Part shown: positions 22,682 to 32,778 of the stretch, piece by piece
Layout: each line of letters begins with the position of its first letter
Numbering within the stretch: position 1 is the first letter of the stretch
Source: Gammaproteobacteria bacterium
GTDB lineage: Bacteria; Pseudomonadota; Gammaproteobacteria; Pseudomonadales; Pseudohongiellaceae
Direction of reading: 5' to 3'
NCBI GenBank assembly: GCA_947477655.1
Contig: CANJTS010000008.1
Coordinates: 53,929-117,928, forward strand
Length of the DNA stretch: 64,000 nt
Position numbers and translations under genes: made by a program
Notes under the pieces: generated by a model
Seen by the model: only the letters and a program-made list of their open reading frames with translations
Told to the model about the DNA's origin: nothing
Databases searched by the model: none

Positions 22682-23098
22682 ATGCCTGCGGTTTTGCTAG
22701 CACTCACTGGTGTTGGTGTTGCCTTAAATGGATACAACTTTAAGATTGGTAGTCTTACTGCGATGGGACCGGGTTTTATGCCATTGGTGTTGGGTATGGG
22801 TTTGGTATTGTTGGCCCTACTTTTATTTTGGACTGCTTGGAATACTGCAGAAGAAACTGTAACAGCGTTGCCAATGCGTCCTTTGCTATTTGTTGGGGCA
22901 GGTATGTTGAGTTGGTATCTGCTCATAGACACCTTGGGTTTTTTCCCGGCTAGTCTCGCGCAACTATTATTATGTTCCTGTGCCATGCCTCAGCAACTTT
23001 GGTTTAAACAAACTCTATTAATGCTGGTCGTGGCCATAACAGGTTACGGTTTGTTTGTGGTTTTTCTCGGCGTGCCTGTTTCGCCATTTGGTTCTTGA
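22682..23098 (+). CDS. tctB: Tripartite tricarboxylate transporter small membrane subunit
   Basis: About 140 aa, four hydrophobic segments, immediately upstream of TctA with a 1-nt gap. Confidence 0.65.
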   Translation: MPAVLLALTGVGVALNGYNFKIGSLTAMGPGFMPLVLGMGLVLLALLLFWTAWNTAEETVTALPMRPLLFVGAGMLSWYLLIDTLGFFPASLAQLLLCSCAMPQQLWFKQTLLMLVVAITGYGLFVVFLGVPVSPFGS

Positions 23099-23099
23099 T

Positions 23100-24599
23100 A
23101 TGGACACGCTGCTCAATCTTAGCCTAGGTTTTCAGCAGGCACTGACACCTGAGGCATTGTTGTATTGTTTGCTTGGAGTAACACTCGGCACAGTAGTAGG
23201 TGTGTTACCCGGTATTGGCACTCTTACTACCATTTCACTGTGTCTTCCCCTGACGCTTAATCTTGATCCTCTATTAGGCCTGATCATGCTGGCCGGAATT
23301 TTTTACGGGGCGCAGTACGGCGGGTCAATCACTTCTATTCTGCTCAATGTGCCGGGCAGCGCACCTTCTGCTGTAACTTGTCTAGATGGTTATCAAATGA
23401 CCAAACATGGCAGGGCAGGAGTTGCCTTGTTCGTAACTACCATTGCATCCTTCATTGGGGGTTCGTTTGCAATTGTGTTGATGATTTTATTTGCGCCGGT
23501 GTTGGCTGACTTTGCTGTCAGTTTTTCAGCAGCTGATTATTTCGCGATTATGCTACTGGCTCTGACAGCGGCTTCTACCCTTGCCATAGGTTCGCCTTTA
23601 AAAGGTTTGTCGATGGTGATGTTGGGATTGGTGCTGGGATTGGTTGGTACCGATATTAACTCTGGTCAATTTCGTTTTACTTTTGGGTTTCCTGCACTTG
23701 CCGATGGCATCAATTTGGCGGCGTTAGCGATGGGATTGTTCGGTGTCAGCGAAATCCTGACAAATCTGGTGAGTGGAGATTTGCCCCAACTGGTTAATGC
23801 CCGTATTACGTTCCGCTCCATGATCCCAACCAAACTCGATATTCAACAGTTTTGGGGTGCTTGCACGCGTGGCACTTTGCTGGGCTCGTTTGTGGGTATG
23901 TTGCCTGGCACCGGGCCGACTATTGCAGCTTTCATGGCCTATGCACTGGAAAAAAAAGTGGCGGTAGAGCCAGCACGTTTTGGACGTGGAGCAATCGAAG
24001 GAGTTGTCGCACCGGAAGCCGCCAACAATGCCTCAGTACAAGCTGCATTTATTCCTACTATGACCTTGGGTATTCCTGGTGATGCCATCATGGCAGTAAT
24101 GATTGGTGGCCTGCTCATTCACGGGATAACGCCCGGCCCGCAATTGATCAATGAGAATCCGGAATTATTCTGGGGTGTGGTGGCTAGTTTCTGGGTTGGG
24201 AATATTCTGCTGCTGATCCTAAATTTGCCGTTAATTGGTGTGTGGGTGAAATTACTCAGCATTCCCTACCGAGTGTTGTTTCCTGCGGTGTTGTTTTTGA
24301 TTTGTATTGGCGTATACAGTATTAACAACAGCAGTTTTGATGTGCTACTCACTTTTATCTTTGGCATTGTCGGGTTTTGGTTTAATCGTCACGGTTTCCC
24401 TTCAGCGCCCTTGTTGCTGGGTTTTGTGTTAGGCCCCATGCTGGAAGAAAACTTTCGTCGTGCTCTACTGCTAGCCAACGGTGACCTGCTAACCTTTGTG
24501 CAGCGGCCGGTGAGTCTGCTTTTTTTGGTGATTACTCTGGTGTTGTTAGTTACCGCAATTGTCTCAAGTAGCTTATTGGCAAACCGCAGGAGCATTTAA
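23100..24599 (+). CDS. tctA: Tripartite tricarboxylate transporter large permease
   Basis: About 499 aa polytopic protein. GVLPGIG and GMLPGTGP repeated motifs typical of TctA. Confidence 0.85.
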   Translation: MDTLLNLSLGFQQALTPEALLYCLLGVTLGTVVGVLPGIGTLTTISLCLPLTLNLDPLLGLIMLAGIFYGAQYGGSITSILLNVPGSAPSAVTCLDGYQMTKHGRAGVALFVTTIASFIGGSFAIVLMILFAPVLADFAVSFSAADYFAIMLLALTAASTLAIGSPLKGLSMVMLGLVLGLVGTDINSGQFRFTFGFPALADGINLAALAMGLFGVSEILTNLVSGDLPQLVNARITFRSMIPTKLDIQQFWGACTRGTLLGSFVGMLPGTGPTIAAFMAYALEKKVAVEPARFGRGAIEGVVAPEAANNASVQAAFIPTMTLGIPGDAIMAVMIGGLLIHGITPGPQLINENPELFWGVVASFWVGNILLLILNLPLIGVWVKLLSIPYRVLFPAVLFLICIGVYSINNSSFDVLLTFIFGIVGFWFNRHGFPSAPLLLGFVLGPMLEENFRRALLLANGDLLTFVQRPVSLLFLVITLVLLVTAIVSSSLLANRRSI

Positions 24600-24630
24600 A
24601 TTGAGTACTATAAAAGCCAAGATCACGCAG

Positions 24631-25659
24631 ATGCGCACGTCATACCATTTTAAATTTAGTAAGGGTTTTTTGATCAGTATGGTGTTGCTGCTGGTAGCCT
24701 GTAATGGTGATAACAACTCTAGTGCTACCACCAGTAACGAAACGGTCAGTACGCAGACAGAGTTTTATCCTCAACGTCCGGTTCGAGTAATCGTGCCCTT
24801 TGGACCAGGCGGACTGGCTGATGTCACCATGCGGGTAGCCGGGGAAGAATTGAGCAAGACCCTTGGGCAGGCCATAGTCATAGAAAATCATCCGGGTGCA
24901 GGAGGTGTTGCAGCAACCAGCACTATGCTTAATGCCGCTGCAGATGGTTACACTCTGATTGTTCTGACTAACGGTACCACCATCGCCGAATCACAGTTTG
25001 ATGATTTGCCCTACAAAATCACTACAGATTTACGACCGATTTCTGCTTTAGCCTGGTTTGATCTAGTGCTGCTCACAAGTCCAGACTCTGGGTTAGATAC
25101 CTTGCAAGCGGTACTCGATCGCGCTCACAGCAACCCAAACGGCATTCGTATAGCCACCATTAATCCAGGCAGCACGCAACATTTGAGTGCCGAGTTATTC
25201 AAGACCCGTGCCGGCATCCAGGCTACTGTTATTTCTTATCGCAGTACGCCGGATGTATTGGGGGCATTGTTACGCCAAGAAGTAGATCTGGTGATTGATG
25301 GCTACACCGGCCTGAAAGGAGCGATTGATGGTGGTCAGGCCTTGCCAGTTGCGGTAACCGGAGCAGAGCGTAATCCCGCTATGCCGAATGTACCAACGGT
25401 GCAGGAAGCGGGTGTGGCAGATTATGTTGTTACGGGCTGGAATGCTGTTTATACCCACAGTGCAACGCCAGATTTTATTGTTGCCAAACTCAATGAAGTA
25501 TTTCTAGCAGTGACAGCGCTACCTGCAATAAAAATGCAGTTTAGCGAGTTGGGTGTAGAAGCTAGAGGATCTACGCCGGATGAAATTCAGCAACGGTTAC
25601 TGGCTGATATTGTGAAATGGCGTGAGGTGATGGTGGCTTCAAATTTAATCGAGAAGTAA
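24631..25659 (+). CDS. tctC: Tripartite tricarboxylate transporter substrate-binding protein (Bug family), lipoprotein
   Basis: Lipobox LLVAC. YPQRPVRVIVPFGPGGLADV and ENHPGAGG motifs of the Bug/TctC family. Confidence 0.8.
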   Translation: MRTSYHFKFSKGFLISMVLLLVACNGDNNSSATTSNETVSTQTEFYPQRPVRVIVPFGPGGLADVTMRVAGEELSKTLGQAIVIENHPGAGGVAATSTMLNAAADGYTLIVLTNGTTIAESQFDDLPYKITTDLRPISALAWFDLVLLTSPDSGLDTLQAVLDRAHSNPNGIRIATINPGSTQHLSAELFKTRAGIQATVISYRSTPDVLGALLRQEVDLVIDGYTGLKGAIDGGQALPVAVTGAERNPAMPNVPTVQEAGVADYVVTGWNAVYTHSATPDFIVAKLNEVFLAVTALPAIKMQFSELGVEARGSTPDEIQQRLLADIVKWREVMVASNLIEK

Positions 25660-25674
25660 CGGTATCTGAACGCC

Positions 25675-26487
25675 ATGAAGACGATACCAAATTATCCACT
25701 TGTTGATACACATGCACATATCTTTACTACTGGCATGCCGCTAATCATGCAGCCGCGCCACAAACCAAACTATTCTTTTACTGTTAGTGATTACCTCACG
25801 CAACTTGATCTACATAAAGTGCAGTATGGCGTAATTGCTGCTGCAAGCCCGTGGGGGGACTACAACGATTACACGCTGGAAAGTGTCGGTAATAATCTGG
25901 ACAGATTGCGTGGCACGGTCATTCTTCATCCTGGCAAAAAATAGGATCTGAGTGCGATGAGCAAGCAAGGTATTGTGGGTGTACGTTTACCGTTTATTGG
26001 TCTTGCTACTGTGCCTGACATTACTACAGCAGAATACCGCACTATGTTTAAGCAAATTGCCGATCTGAATTGGCATGTGCATTTACATGTGGAAAGCAAA
26101 CATATGTCGGTATTGTTACCGCTGCTGGAAAATGCTGGACCAAATATCGTGATTGATCATCTAGGTCGCCCGGCGGCCGCCGATGACATCAACTGTGCTG
26201 GGTTTAGAGCGATTGTTAAATCAGTTGCAGCTGGAAAAAGTTGGATCAAAGTAAGTTGTGCTTATCGCATTGGCGTAAGAGCCGCACAGCATTTGCAAGG
26301 GTTTTTACAGGAACTCGGCCCCGATCAAATGTTTTGGGCGAGTGACTGTCCATTTGTGGGTCATGAAGGCACTCTTACTTATGCACAGTCAATCTTATGG
26401 CTGACGGAACAGGTGACAGAAATAAATGATTTGAAAAAGATGTTTAGCACTAATGCATTGGCGTTTTATTTCGGTTTTACATCCTAA
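25675..26487 (+). pseudogene. LigI/ACMSD-type amidohydrolase interrupted by one in-frame TAG (25942-25944)
   Basis: Track ORFs 25675-25944 and 25957-26487 are in the same frame. Together they align end to end with the intact paralogue at 47084-47959 (DTHAHIF.. / ..RGTVILHPGKK*DLSAMSKQGIVGVRLPF.. / ..IDHLGRP.. / ..WASDCPF). Confidence 0.65.
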
Positions 26488-26509
26488 TCCCAAGCTTCCT
26501 ACGCAAGCC

Positions 26510-27013
26510 TCAGTCTGTTTTTTCCAGATTGTAGGAAGTCTCGTGGGGAGTTCTCTCCAGTTGCAATAGTTGTGCTTTCAATTGCAGCCCACCCGCATAA
26601 CCTGTAAGTGAGCCATTGCTGCCTATCACCCGATGACAGGGAATAAACAGGGCTACCGGGTTTTGGCCAATGGCGTTGGCAACGGCACGCACTGCAGTAG
26701 GCTTGCCAATGCCAGTTGCAACTTTTGCATAGGAGGCTGTGGTTCCATACGCGATGGTTTGCAAGAACTGCCATACGCTGAGTTGGAATGGTGTGCCTTG
26801 CAGTGTGTAACTTAAATCAAAATCTGGATTAAGACCTTGGAAATACCGGTCTAAAATATTTATGGCATGACTGAATGGTGTTGCATGAGAAATCCAGTCG
26901 GTAGCAATAGGCAGTAGCTTTTTCCCGTCTTGGAAATTGACCATGCAAAGGCCCTTCTCAGAGCCAGCGAGGGCGATAGCGCCTAGCGGTGATTTATAAA
27001 TTGTGTAGTACAT
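26510..27013 (-). CDS. ogt: Methylated-DNA--protein-cysteine methyltransferase
   Basis: Active-site IPCHRVIG. F.L.VW..L..I.YG.T.SY pattern. 167 aa. Confidence 0.9.
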   Translation of the reverse strand: MYYTIYKSPLGAIALAGSEKGLCMVNFQDGKKLLPIATDWISHATPFSHAINILDRYFQGLNPDFDLSYTLQGTPFQLSVWQFLQTIAYGTTASYAKVATGIGKPTAVRAVANAIGQNPVALFIPCHRVIGSNGSLTGYAGGLQLKAQLLQLERTPHETSYNLEKTD

Positions 27014-27079
27014 ATCAAACCTTGGTAAAACAGGTTGAGATAGAGTTGTTTAAGTAGAACGGCACTTGCTTAAATGCAA

Positions 27080-27325
27080 ATTGAGAATAGTTAGCTATCT
27101 CGACGTAAGCCGAAAACCAGTAAGCCAGAGCTTATTTTTCCGAAAACTCATTGGATCCAGGCTTACGCCAGATTGACGCTAGCTTAAGTCAGTGCCATTC
27201 TTGTCAGAGCAAACCACTATCGATGTTCTATAGGATCAAATTCTTCACGATTAAGATGAGTTTACTCCAGCATCTTTCACTGCTTCAATCTTGAAATCAT
27301 CTGGATAGAGGTTACTGCTCATCAT
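27080..27325 (-). pseudogene. Possible decayed IS3-family orfA fragment
   Basis: A minus-strand reading from the ATG at 27325 gives MMSSNLYPDDFKIEAVKDAGVNSS*, which resembles the ..FS.EFK.EAV.. N-terminus of IS3 OrfA. Downstream frames give broken HTH-like pieces (..MALT*ASVNLA*AWIQ). Lies in a 460-bp AT-rich gap with no other ORF. Confidence 0.3.
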
Positions 27326-27472
27326 TAGACACTTCTTTCTTGTGTTATTGGAATCCTATCAAGTGTTTAAAATATCGAGGCCTTACTTAAGGTGGTATTT
27401 TTTTATAGCGATATCAACGCGCAGTAATTTGGATTTGCTCTACTAACCTTATTCTCGAAATGGAAATAGTAT

Positions 27473-27802
27473 ATGTACAAACTAGGTTTCTATGTTCCCC
27501 CAGCGTATCTGGAGACAGTTAAGTCCGCATTGTTTGCGGCAGGAGCAGGTCGCATCGGCAACTACGACTCCTGTGTGTGGCAATGCCTTGGACTAGGACA
27601 GTTTCGGCCTTTGGTTGACAGCCAGCCGTATCTTGGACAAACAGGTTTTGTCGAGACGGTAGCGGAATATCGCGTAGAACTGGTCTGTGAAGATAATTTA
27701 TTACATGCTGTAGTGGCTGCGCTCATAAATACTCATCCCTATGAAGAGCCCGCTTTTGATGTTGTTAAACTTGTGGACATAAACGCTTTTGTGGGCAAAT
27801 AA
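27473..27802 (+). CDS. NIF3/YqfO C-terminal-like small protein
   Basis: 109 aa. MYKL.FYVP....E.VK.ALF.AGAG.IGNY..C.W...G.G.FRP pattern recalled from the stand-alone YqfO/NIF3 insert-domain family. Confidence 0.55.
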   Translation: MYKLGFYVPPAYLETVKSALFAAGAGRIGNYDSCVWQCLGLGQFRPLVDSQPYLGQTGFVETVAEYRVELVCEDNLLHAVVAALINTHPYEEPAFDVVKLVDINAFVGK

Positions 27803-27907
27803 CTTGCTAGTTTCCTCAGTGCTTGCACAGCCAAACATGGCTATGGTTGCTAAACTTCTCTATAGTCGACTCATTATTTGATTAACATAAATTCGTACCT
27901 TTTAATC

Positions 27908-28702
27908 ATGCGTTTGTACTTGTTGTCATTCATCTCGCTTTGCCTCTTTTGCCTTGTCGGGCTGGCACCTGTTTGTTTACAGGCACAACCAGAAACTGAT
28001 GGTATTTATCCAATAGCTGAATTCCATATGGCGCGTATGGTTTATGCCGATGGTGGTTCAGCGCGTCGTGGTCGAGGCGGTTTCAGGCGTGGCTGGTGGG
28101 CCATTGACTATCCACAAGCGGAACTACATTTTCAGGGTGGTATTAGTCGCCTTACCAATGTAGATATGGCCGAAGATAGTCATCATATTCAATTAACCGA
28201 TGACTCTTTGTTTGATCACCCTTGGCTTTTTGCACAACAGGTTGGGCAGGGTGGATGGGATCCCACTGATGAAGAAGCAGCCAGGCTGCGCGAGTATTTG
28301 TTGAAGGGTGGTTTTTTGGTGATCGATGATTTCCACACCGAATTTGAGTGGCCCATCATGGCGGCTGCGATGCGTAAAGTATTGCCTGATCATGCCATCG
28401 TTGATCTGAGTACTACTGATGAAGTGTTTCATGTGCTCTATGATCTGGATACGCTTACTCAAATTCCTGGTGAACGTCATTTATATCGGGCAGCGGACGG
28501 CACCATTCAAGCGCAATTGGGTGGCGTGCAAAAATGGGCTGGTATTTATGATACACAAGGCCGTTTGATGGTCGCCATCAATTTCAACATGGATATGGGT
28601 GATGCCTGGGAACATGCTGATGATCCTAACTATCCCGAACCGATGACAGCACTAGCTTATCGGTTTGGCATTAACTATGTCATCTATGCGATGACACATT
28701 AG
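27908..28702 (+). CDS. DUF4159-like exported protein
   Basis: Signal/TM segment. ..WAIDYPQAE..F......T......V.LTDD.LFDHPWLF..G.G.W....EA..LREYLLKGGFLVIDDF pattern recalled for DUF4159. Start moved to the ATG at 27908. Confidence 0.55.
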   Translation: MRLYLLSFISLCLFCLVGLAPVCLQAQPETDGIYPIAEFHMARMVYADGGSARRGRGGFRRGWWAIDYPQAELHFQGGISRLTNVDMAEDSHHIQLTDDSLFDHPWLFAQQVGQGGWDPTDEEAARLREYLLKGGFLVIDDFHTEFEWPIMAAAMRKVLPDHAIVDLSTTDEVFHVLYDLDTLTQIPGERHLYRAADGTIQAQLGGVQKWAGIYDTQGRLMVAINFNMDMGDAWEHADDPNYPEPMTALAYRFGINYVIYAMTH

Positions 28703-28764
28703 TAGCCAGTAATGAGCAATGTAATTTCAAGTCGCTACACACTCCCGATATATAAATTTTCTGT

Positions 28765-29379
28765 TTATAAAACTGGTCTTATTTCCATCAGACCTGTAGG
28801 TGTACCAATCTTGCCTATGGGAATAACGTTAAACGCTATTGAATAACGTTTGTCGTGACTGGTCGACGGCAGTACACAATGCATCATGCCGGAGGGGAAC
28901 ATGATGATGCGACTAACTTTGGGTTTGATTGTAAAAGATTCCAGCGCCCGGTAATTGTCGCCAGGGGTTAGGGCTGGTGCAAAACCAAACAATTCTCGAA
29001 ACCCGCTGTTCAAAATATTAAAGGATGATCCTTCAGTGAGATAGAACGAGCCACTAATATAGGCATTGCTGTGTTTGTGGTAATGAATGTTGTCACCGAA
29101 ATTGACTACATTGCCCCATGAATTGCAGATGTGAAAGTCTTCCACAATGTGCGAATAGGCGTTGGCGAATTCGCGGCAATAACTGAGGATTTCCAGTTTT
29201 ATCGAGGCGAACAATGGTTCGTTGAGCAATTGCTGGTTAGCGGTATAACCACCGTCGCCAGCAATTTCCACAGCGCAGCTTTTATCGATGAGTAGCTTGG
29301 CCTGGCTAATAATTTCCGGGGTCAAACTCTTCAATTCACCCACCCCAATAGTTTTGGGAAATAGATCAACAAATTCCAT
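28765..29379 (-). CDS. TIGR02466-like putative 2OG-Fe(II) oxygenase superfamily protein
   Basis: About 204 aa. W.N......H..H.H.N..ISG.FY and later ..FPS...H.V pattern (HYHKHSNAYISGSFYL .. MFPSGMMHCV). Confidence 0.6.
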   Translation of the reverse strand: MEFVDLFPKTIGVGELKSLTPEIISQAKLLIDKSCAVEIAGDGGYTANQQLLNEPLFASIKLEILSYCREFANAYSHIVEDFHICNSWGNVVNFGDNIHYHKHSNAYISGSFYLTEGSSFNILNSGFRELFGFAPALTPGDNYRALESFTIKPKVSRIIMFPSGMMHCVLPSTSHDKRYSIAFNVIPIGKIGTPTGLMEIRPVL

Positions 29380-29553
29380 AACAAGTTCCTGTATTTTGAC
29401 TGTATGTAAATATGATGCAGTGCTTTATGTTTTTAAGCAAAGTCTTTTATAACAGTAAGTTAGCCTTAAAAGTTGAGCATAATAGTGCTTGTCAACGCAC
29501 AAGTGGTGCTTTACCCTGCAGACATCAAAAGTAGGGGGGTGTTTGGCAACGAT

Positions 29554-31689
29554 ATGGCTTACAAATCAAGGTTTGTCCGTCTCGTATGCGCATCTCTGCT
29601 GGCTGTATTGTCTACAGTCACTCTGTTACCAGTTCAGGCCGATGAAAATGACTTTCCTATCCCCGCCAATATCCGACCTGCCGTAGATTTCTGGATAAAA
29701 GTTTTCACCCAACCCGATACAGAACATGGTTATTTACACGATTCTGAAAATCTCGCTGTTGTATACGCAGAACTCCCACGCGGTAGCGCGGGTATTGATT
29801 CGCGCCGCAAGGAAATTATTACCGACCTAAATGTACTGGCCTCTGGCAAACGTACCGATCTAACCACAGACCAGCAATATTTGCTGTCTTTGTGGGGCAG
29901 TAATGTGAGCGCTACTCGTTTACAAGAAGCAGCCAAAAATATCCGTTGGCAACTCGGCCAGTCAGATCGATTTAAAGAAGGGCTCATTCGGTCCGGCGCC
30001 TATCGCGCCCATATCGAAAATCTGGCGCGGGCCAAAGGTTTGCCAACGGAACTTGCCGCTCTACCACACGTAGAATCCTCCTATCATCCAGGGGCCAATT
30101 CCAGTGTTGCCGCTACAGGCCTGTGGCAATTTATGCGTGAATCAGCCAAGCCTTATATGCGGGTAGATGCGCTGGTTGACGAACGACTAGATCCTTACAA
30201 AGCTTCGAATGCTGCTCTTGATATGTTGCAGGATAACTACGAGGCGTTGGGCTCTTGGCCGCTGGCTCTAACTGCATATAACCACGGGGTTAATGGTATG
30301 GCCCGTGCAGTCCGTGACACTGGTTCTCGGGACATCGGAAGAATTATCAGCGAATACACCGGACCACGTTTCGGTTTTGCATCACGCAATTTTTATCCGG
30401 AATTTTTGGCTGCGCTGGAAGTTGAGCGAGAGGCCGAGCGTTATTTTGGTAGTTTTAGTAAAGATGCTGCTCCTGATTTTGCACAATATGAACTAACAGC
30501 ATTTGTTGACGCCAATGTGATTGCCCATAATCTGGGTGTGGGATTGGAAGATTTGCGTAAGGATAATCCGGCGCTGCAAGCTGCAATTTGGTCTGGTAAT
30601 AAACGTGTTCCCAAAGGTTATATTCTCAAAATCAACAAGAACTTACTCAAGCGCGATATCGTTACTGGATTCAACGCCATCGCCGCTAGCGAATTTTATC
30701 CAGCCCAAGTGCCCGATGTGTCGTATCTAGTCAAAAGTGGCGATTCTCTGTCTGGTATCGCAAGTCAATACAACACAACAGTAGCCGAACTGGTTGCAAT
30801 TAATCAGCTACGTAATCGCAATGCCATCAGAGTTGGCCAAAAAATTATTTTGCCTCAGCGTAACGGGGTAGTGCCTACTTTGGTCGTAAACAATGCAACC
30901 GAGATTCCCCAAGATGGCGAGTATCAAGTACGCAGAGGTGACACTATTTCAACTATTGCCGCAAAGTTCAAACTAACTACGACAACTTTGCTGGCATTGA
31001 ACAATATGCGCACTGGCAATCTTATTCATCCTGGCCAAATGCTGCGCCTGAACCCAGAAAACACCACTGTACAGACGAAAACTGACATCAACACACAACA
31101 GCAGGATACTGTGCAGACTACTGTAGAGGTCGTTCCGCCTGCTATTGCAACTTTGGCGCCTACTGTATCGTCTACAACTGCAACTGTTCCAGTAGAGACA
31201 TTGGCAGCGAACATTCCAACTGCCGCGAACTCACAAAATGTAAGCTTACTTCCAGCACAATTGACACAGCTGTACGAAGTTGCCACCGACAACACTATCG
31301 AAATTCTTGCTGATGAGACCTTGGGGCATTATGCAAATTGGCTGGGACAGGATGCTGGTGTGTTACGCCGTTTGAACAATATGCGCGCTAATGCATCGGT
31401 ACAATTGGGAAAACGTATCAAGCTGGATTTCAGCAAAGTGGATAAAACTGATTTTGAAAAAAAGCGTGCTGCCCATCATCAAAACTTGCATGCCAGTTTT
31501 TTTGACACATGGCGGGTAACTGATACTCAAAATTACAGCATCAAGAAGAACGATCTCGTCTTAAATCTGGCGCGCGAACGCGCCATCCCGATGTGGTTGT
31601 TCAAGCAATACAACCAAGAAGTAGACAGCTCAGATGTAAAAATTGGGCAGGTTGTTGTTTTTCCCGTAGTAGAAAAAATCGTTAACTAA
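29554..31689 (+). CDS. Lytic murein transglycosylase with multiple LysM domains (MltD-like)
   Basis: Signal peptide. SLT catalytic region LPHVESSYHPGANSSVAATGLWQFM. At least two clear LysM repeats (YLVKSGDSLSGIASQY.., YQVRRGDTISTIAAKF..) plus two degenerate ones. Thr/Gln-rich linker. Confidence 0.85.
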   Translation: MAYKSRFVRLVCASLLAVLSTVTLLPVQADENDFPIPANIRPAVDFWIKVFTQPDTEHGYLHDSENLAVVYAELPRGSAGIDSRRKEIITDLNVLASGKRTDLTTDQQYLLSLWGSNVSATRLQEAAKNIRWQLGQSDRFKEGLIRSGAYRAHIENLARAKGLPTELAALPHVESSYHPGANSSVAATGLWQFMRESAKPYMRVDALVDERLDPYKASNAALDMLQDNYEALGSWPLALTAYNHGVNGMARAVRDTGSRDIGRIISEYTGPRFGFASRNFYPEFLAALEVEREAERYFGSFSKDAAPDFAQYELTAFVDANVIAHNLGVGLEDLRKDNPALQAAIWSGNKRVPKGYILKINKNLLKRDIVTGFNAIAASEFYPAQVPDVSYLVKSGDSLSGIASQYNTTVAELVAINQLRNRNAIRVGQKIILPQRNGVVPTLVVNNATEIPQDGEYQVRRGDTISTIAAKFKLTTTTLLALNNMRTGNLIHPGQMLRLNPENTTVQTKTDINTQQQDTVQTTVEVVPPAIATLAPTVSSTTATVPVETLAANIPTAANSQNVSLLPAQLTQLYEVATDNTIEILADETLGHYANWLGQDAGVLRRLNNMRANASVQLGKRIKLDFSKVDKTDFEKKRAAHHQNLHASFFDTWRVTDTQNYSIKKNDLVLNLARERAIPMWLFKQYNQEVDSSDVKIGQVVVFPVVEKIVN

Positions 31690-31690
31690 T

Positions 31691-32776
31691 TTAGACTGCC
31701 ACTTCCTTCCAGACAAACAACCGTATAGCCAGCACCAGCGCCACGATTGCCCATGCCAGCAAGCCTGCAATAGAAGGAATTATCTGCAGAATTGTGGCGC
31801 CATTCACGGCTATTTCCCGCAATGAAGTTACTACAAAGCTCAACGGTAACAACTGTGCCACGGGCTGGATAAGCGCGGGCAGATTTTCGATGGGATAAAA
31901 AATTCCGGACAAAAACATTTGCGGAAATGTCACTAGAGTTCCTAGTGCCTGAATCGCTTGCTGGGTTTTGGCTAAACTGCCCAAACAAAATCCAAGACTG
32001 AGAAAAAGAGCAGTTCCCATCATAATCACCAGATACAGCGCTGCAAAATTGCCAGCTATATTTACGCCAATGACCCACACAGCAAAACTCAACAATAAAC
32101 TTAGTTGGAACAGGCATATTAAGGAGCGCGCAAGCACCAGACCACCGATAAAATTACGCGGTTGAATCGGAGTAACAAACAGGCGTTTGAGAATACCTTT
32201 ACGCCTAAATTCCACGATATTGTAGCCACTGCCGGCAATGCTGATCTGCATCAGCGTAAACGCTAAGAGGCCAGGCAACAGAAAATCCAAATAATTTTGC
32301 GAACGTGCTTTTACATCTTCTACGTTGAGACTGAATAATGGTTGGCTAGCGCGTAGTTGCCTTTCTACGTCCAGCAGGGCTTGTTCTAGCACTGGCATGA
32401 TTAGAGCAAGTTCGCGTACCTGCGCCGCATCCACCAATAATCTGAGATCGACCGGTGATCCGTTGTCCTGAAAATTAGCGGGTAGTACCAGTACCAGTTG
32501 TTGGTTGCCGGTTATTATCTGTTGGCGAAATTCAGCTTCAGTACCCTCGGTAACGGTGAATAAGGGATTGCTGCTCAGATCAGCAATAAAATTGACCGCA
32601 AGAGTGTTGTTGGCGTTATTAACAATACCAATAGGCAAAGGTTTGTCGTTGGCATTGCCGGCAAAACTGAACACTGTCATGAAAACAATTGGAAAAAACA
32701 GCGAAAAAATTATGGCCTGACGATCGCGGGAAAAAATACGTAAAAAAACTTTGGTCATCACTAAGGTTAGTTTCAT
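31691..32776 (-). CDS. ABC-2 type transporter permease
   Basis: Start at MKLTLVMTK, 2 nt after the ATPase stop. N-terminal TM segment, large external loop and five C-terminal TM segments typical of ABC-2. The track ORF extension to 33019 overlaps the ATPase gene and is rejected. Confidence 0.8.
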   Translation of the reverse strand: MKLTLVMTKVFLRIFSRDRQAIIFSLFFPIVFMTVFSFAGNANDKPLPIGIVNNANNTLAVNFIADLSSNPLFTVTEGTEAEFRQQIITGNQQLVLVLPANFQDNGSPVDLRLLVDAAQVRELALIMPVLEQALLDVERQLRASQPLFSLNVEDVKARSQNYLDFLLPGLLAFTLMQISIAGSGYNIVEFRRKGILKRLFVTPIQPRNFIGGLVLARSLICLFQLSLLLSFAVWVIGVNIAGNFAALYLVIMMGTALFLSLGFCLGSLAKTQQAIQALGTLVTFPQMFLSGIFYPIENLPALIQPVAQLLPLSFVVTSLREIAVNGATILQIIPSIAGLLAWAIVALVLAIRLFVWKEVAV

Positions 32777-32778
32777 GT

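Noticed and set aside
25942-25944. TAG in the amidohydrolase as programmed recoding (pyrrolysine or read-through).
   Set aside because: No pyl genes or recoding signals are visible, and pyrrolysine is not expected in this lineage. A nonsense mutation or sequence error is the simpler explanation.
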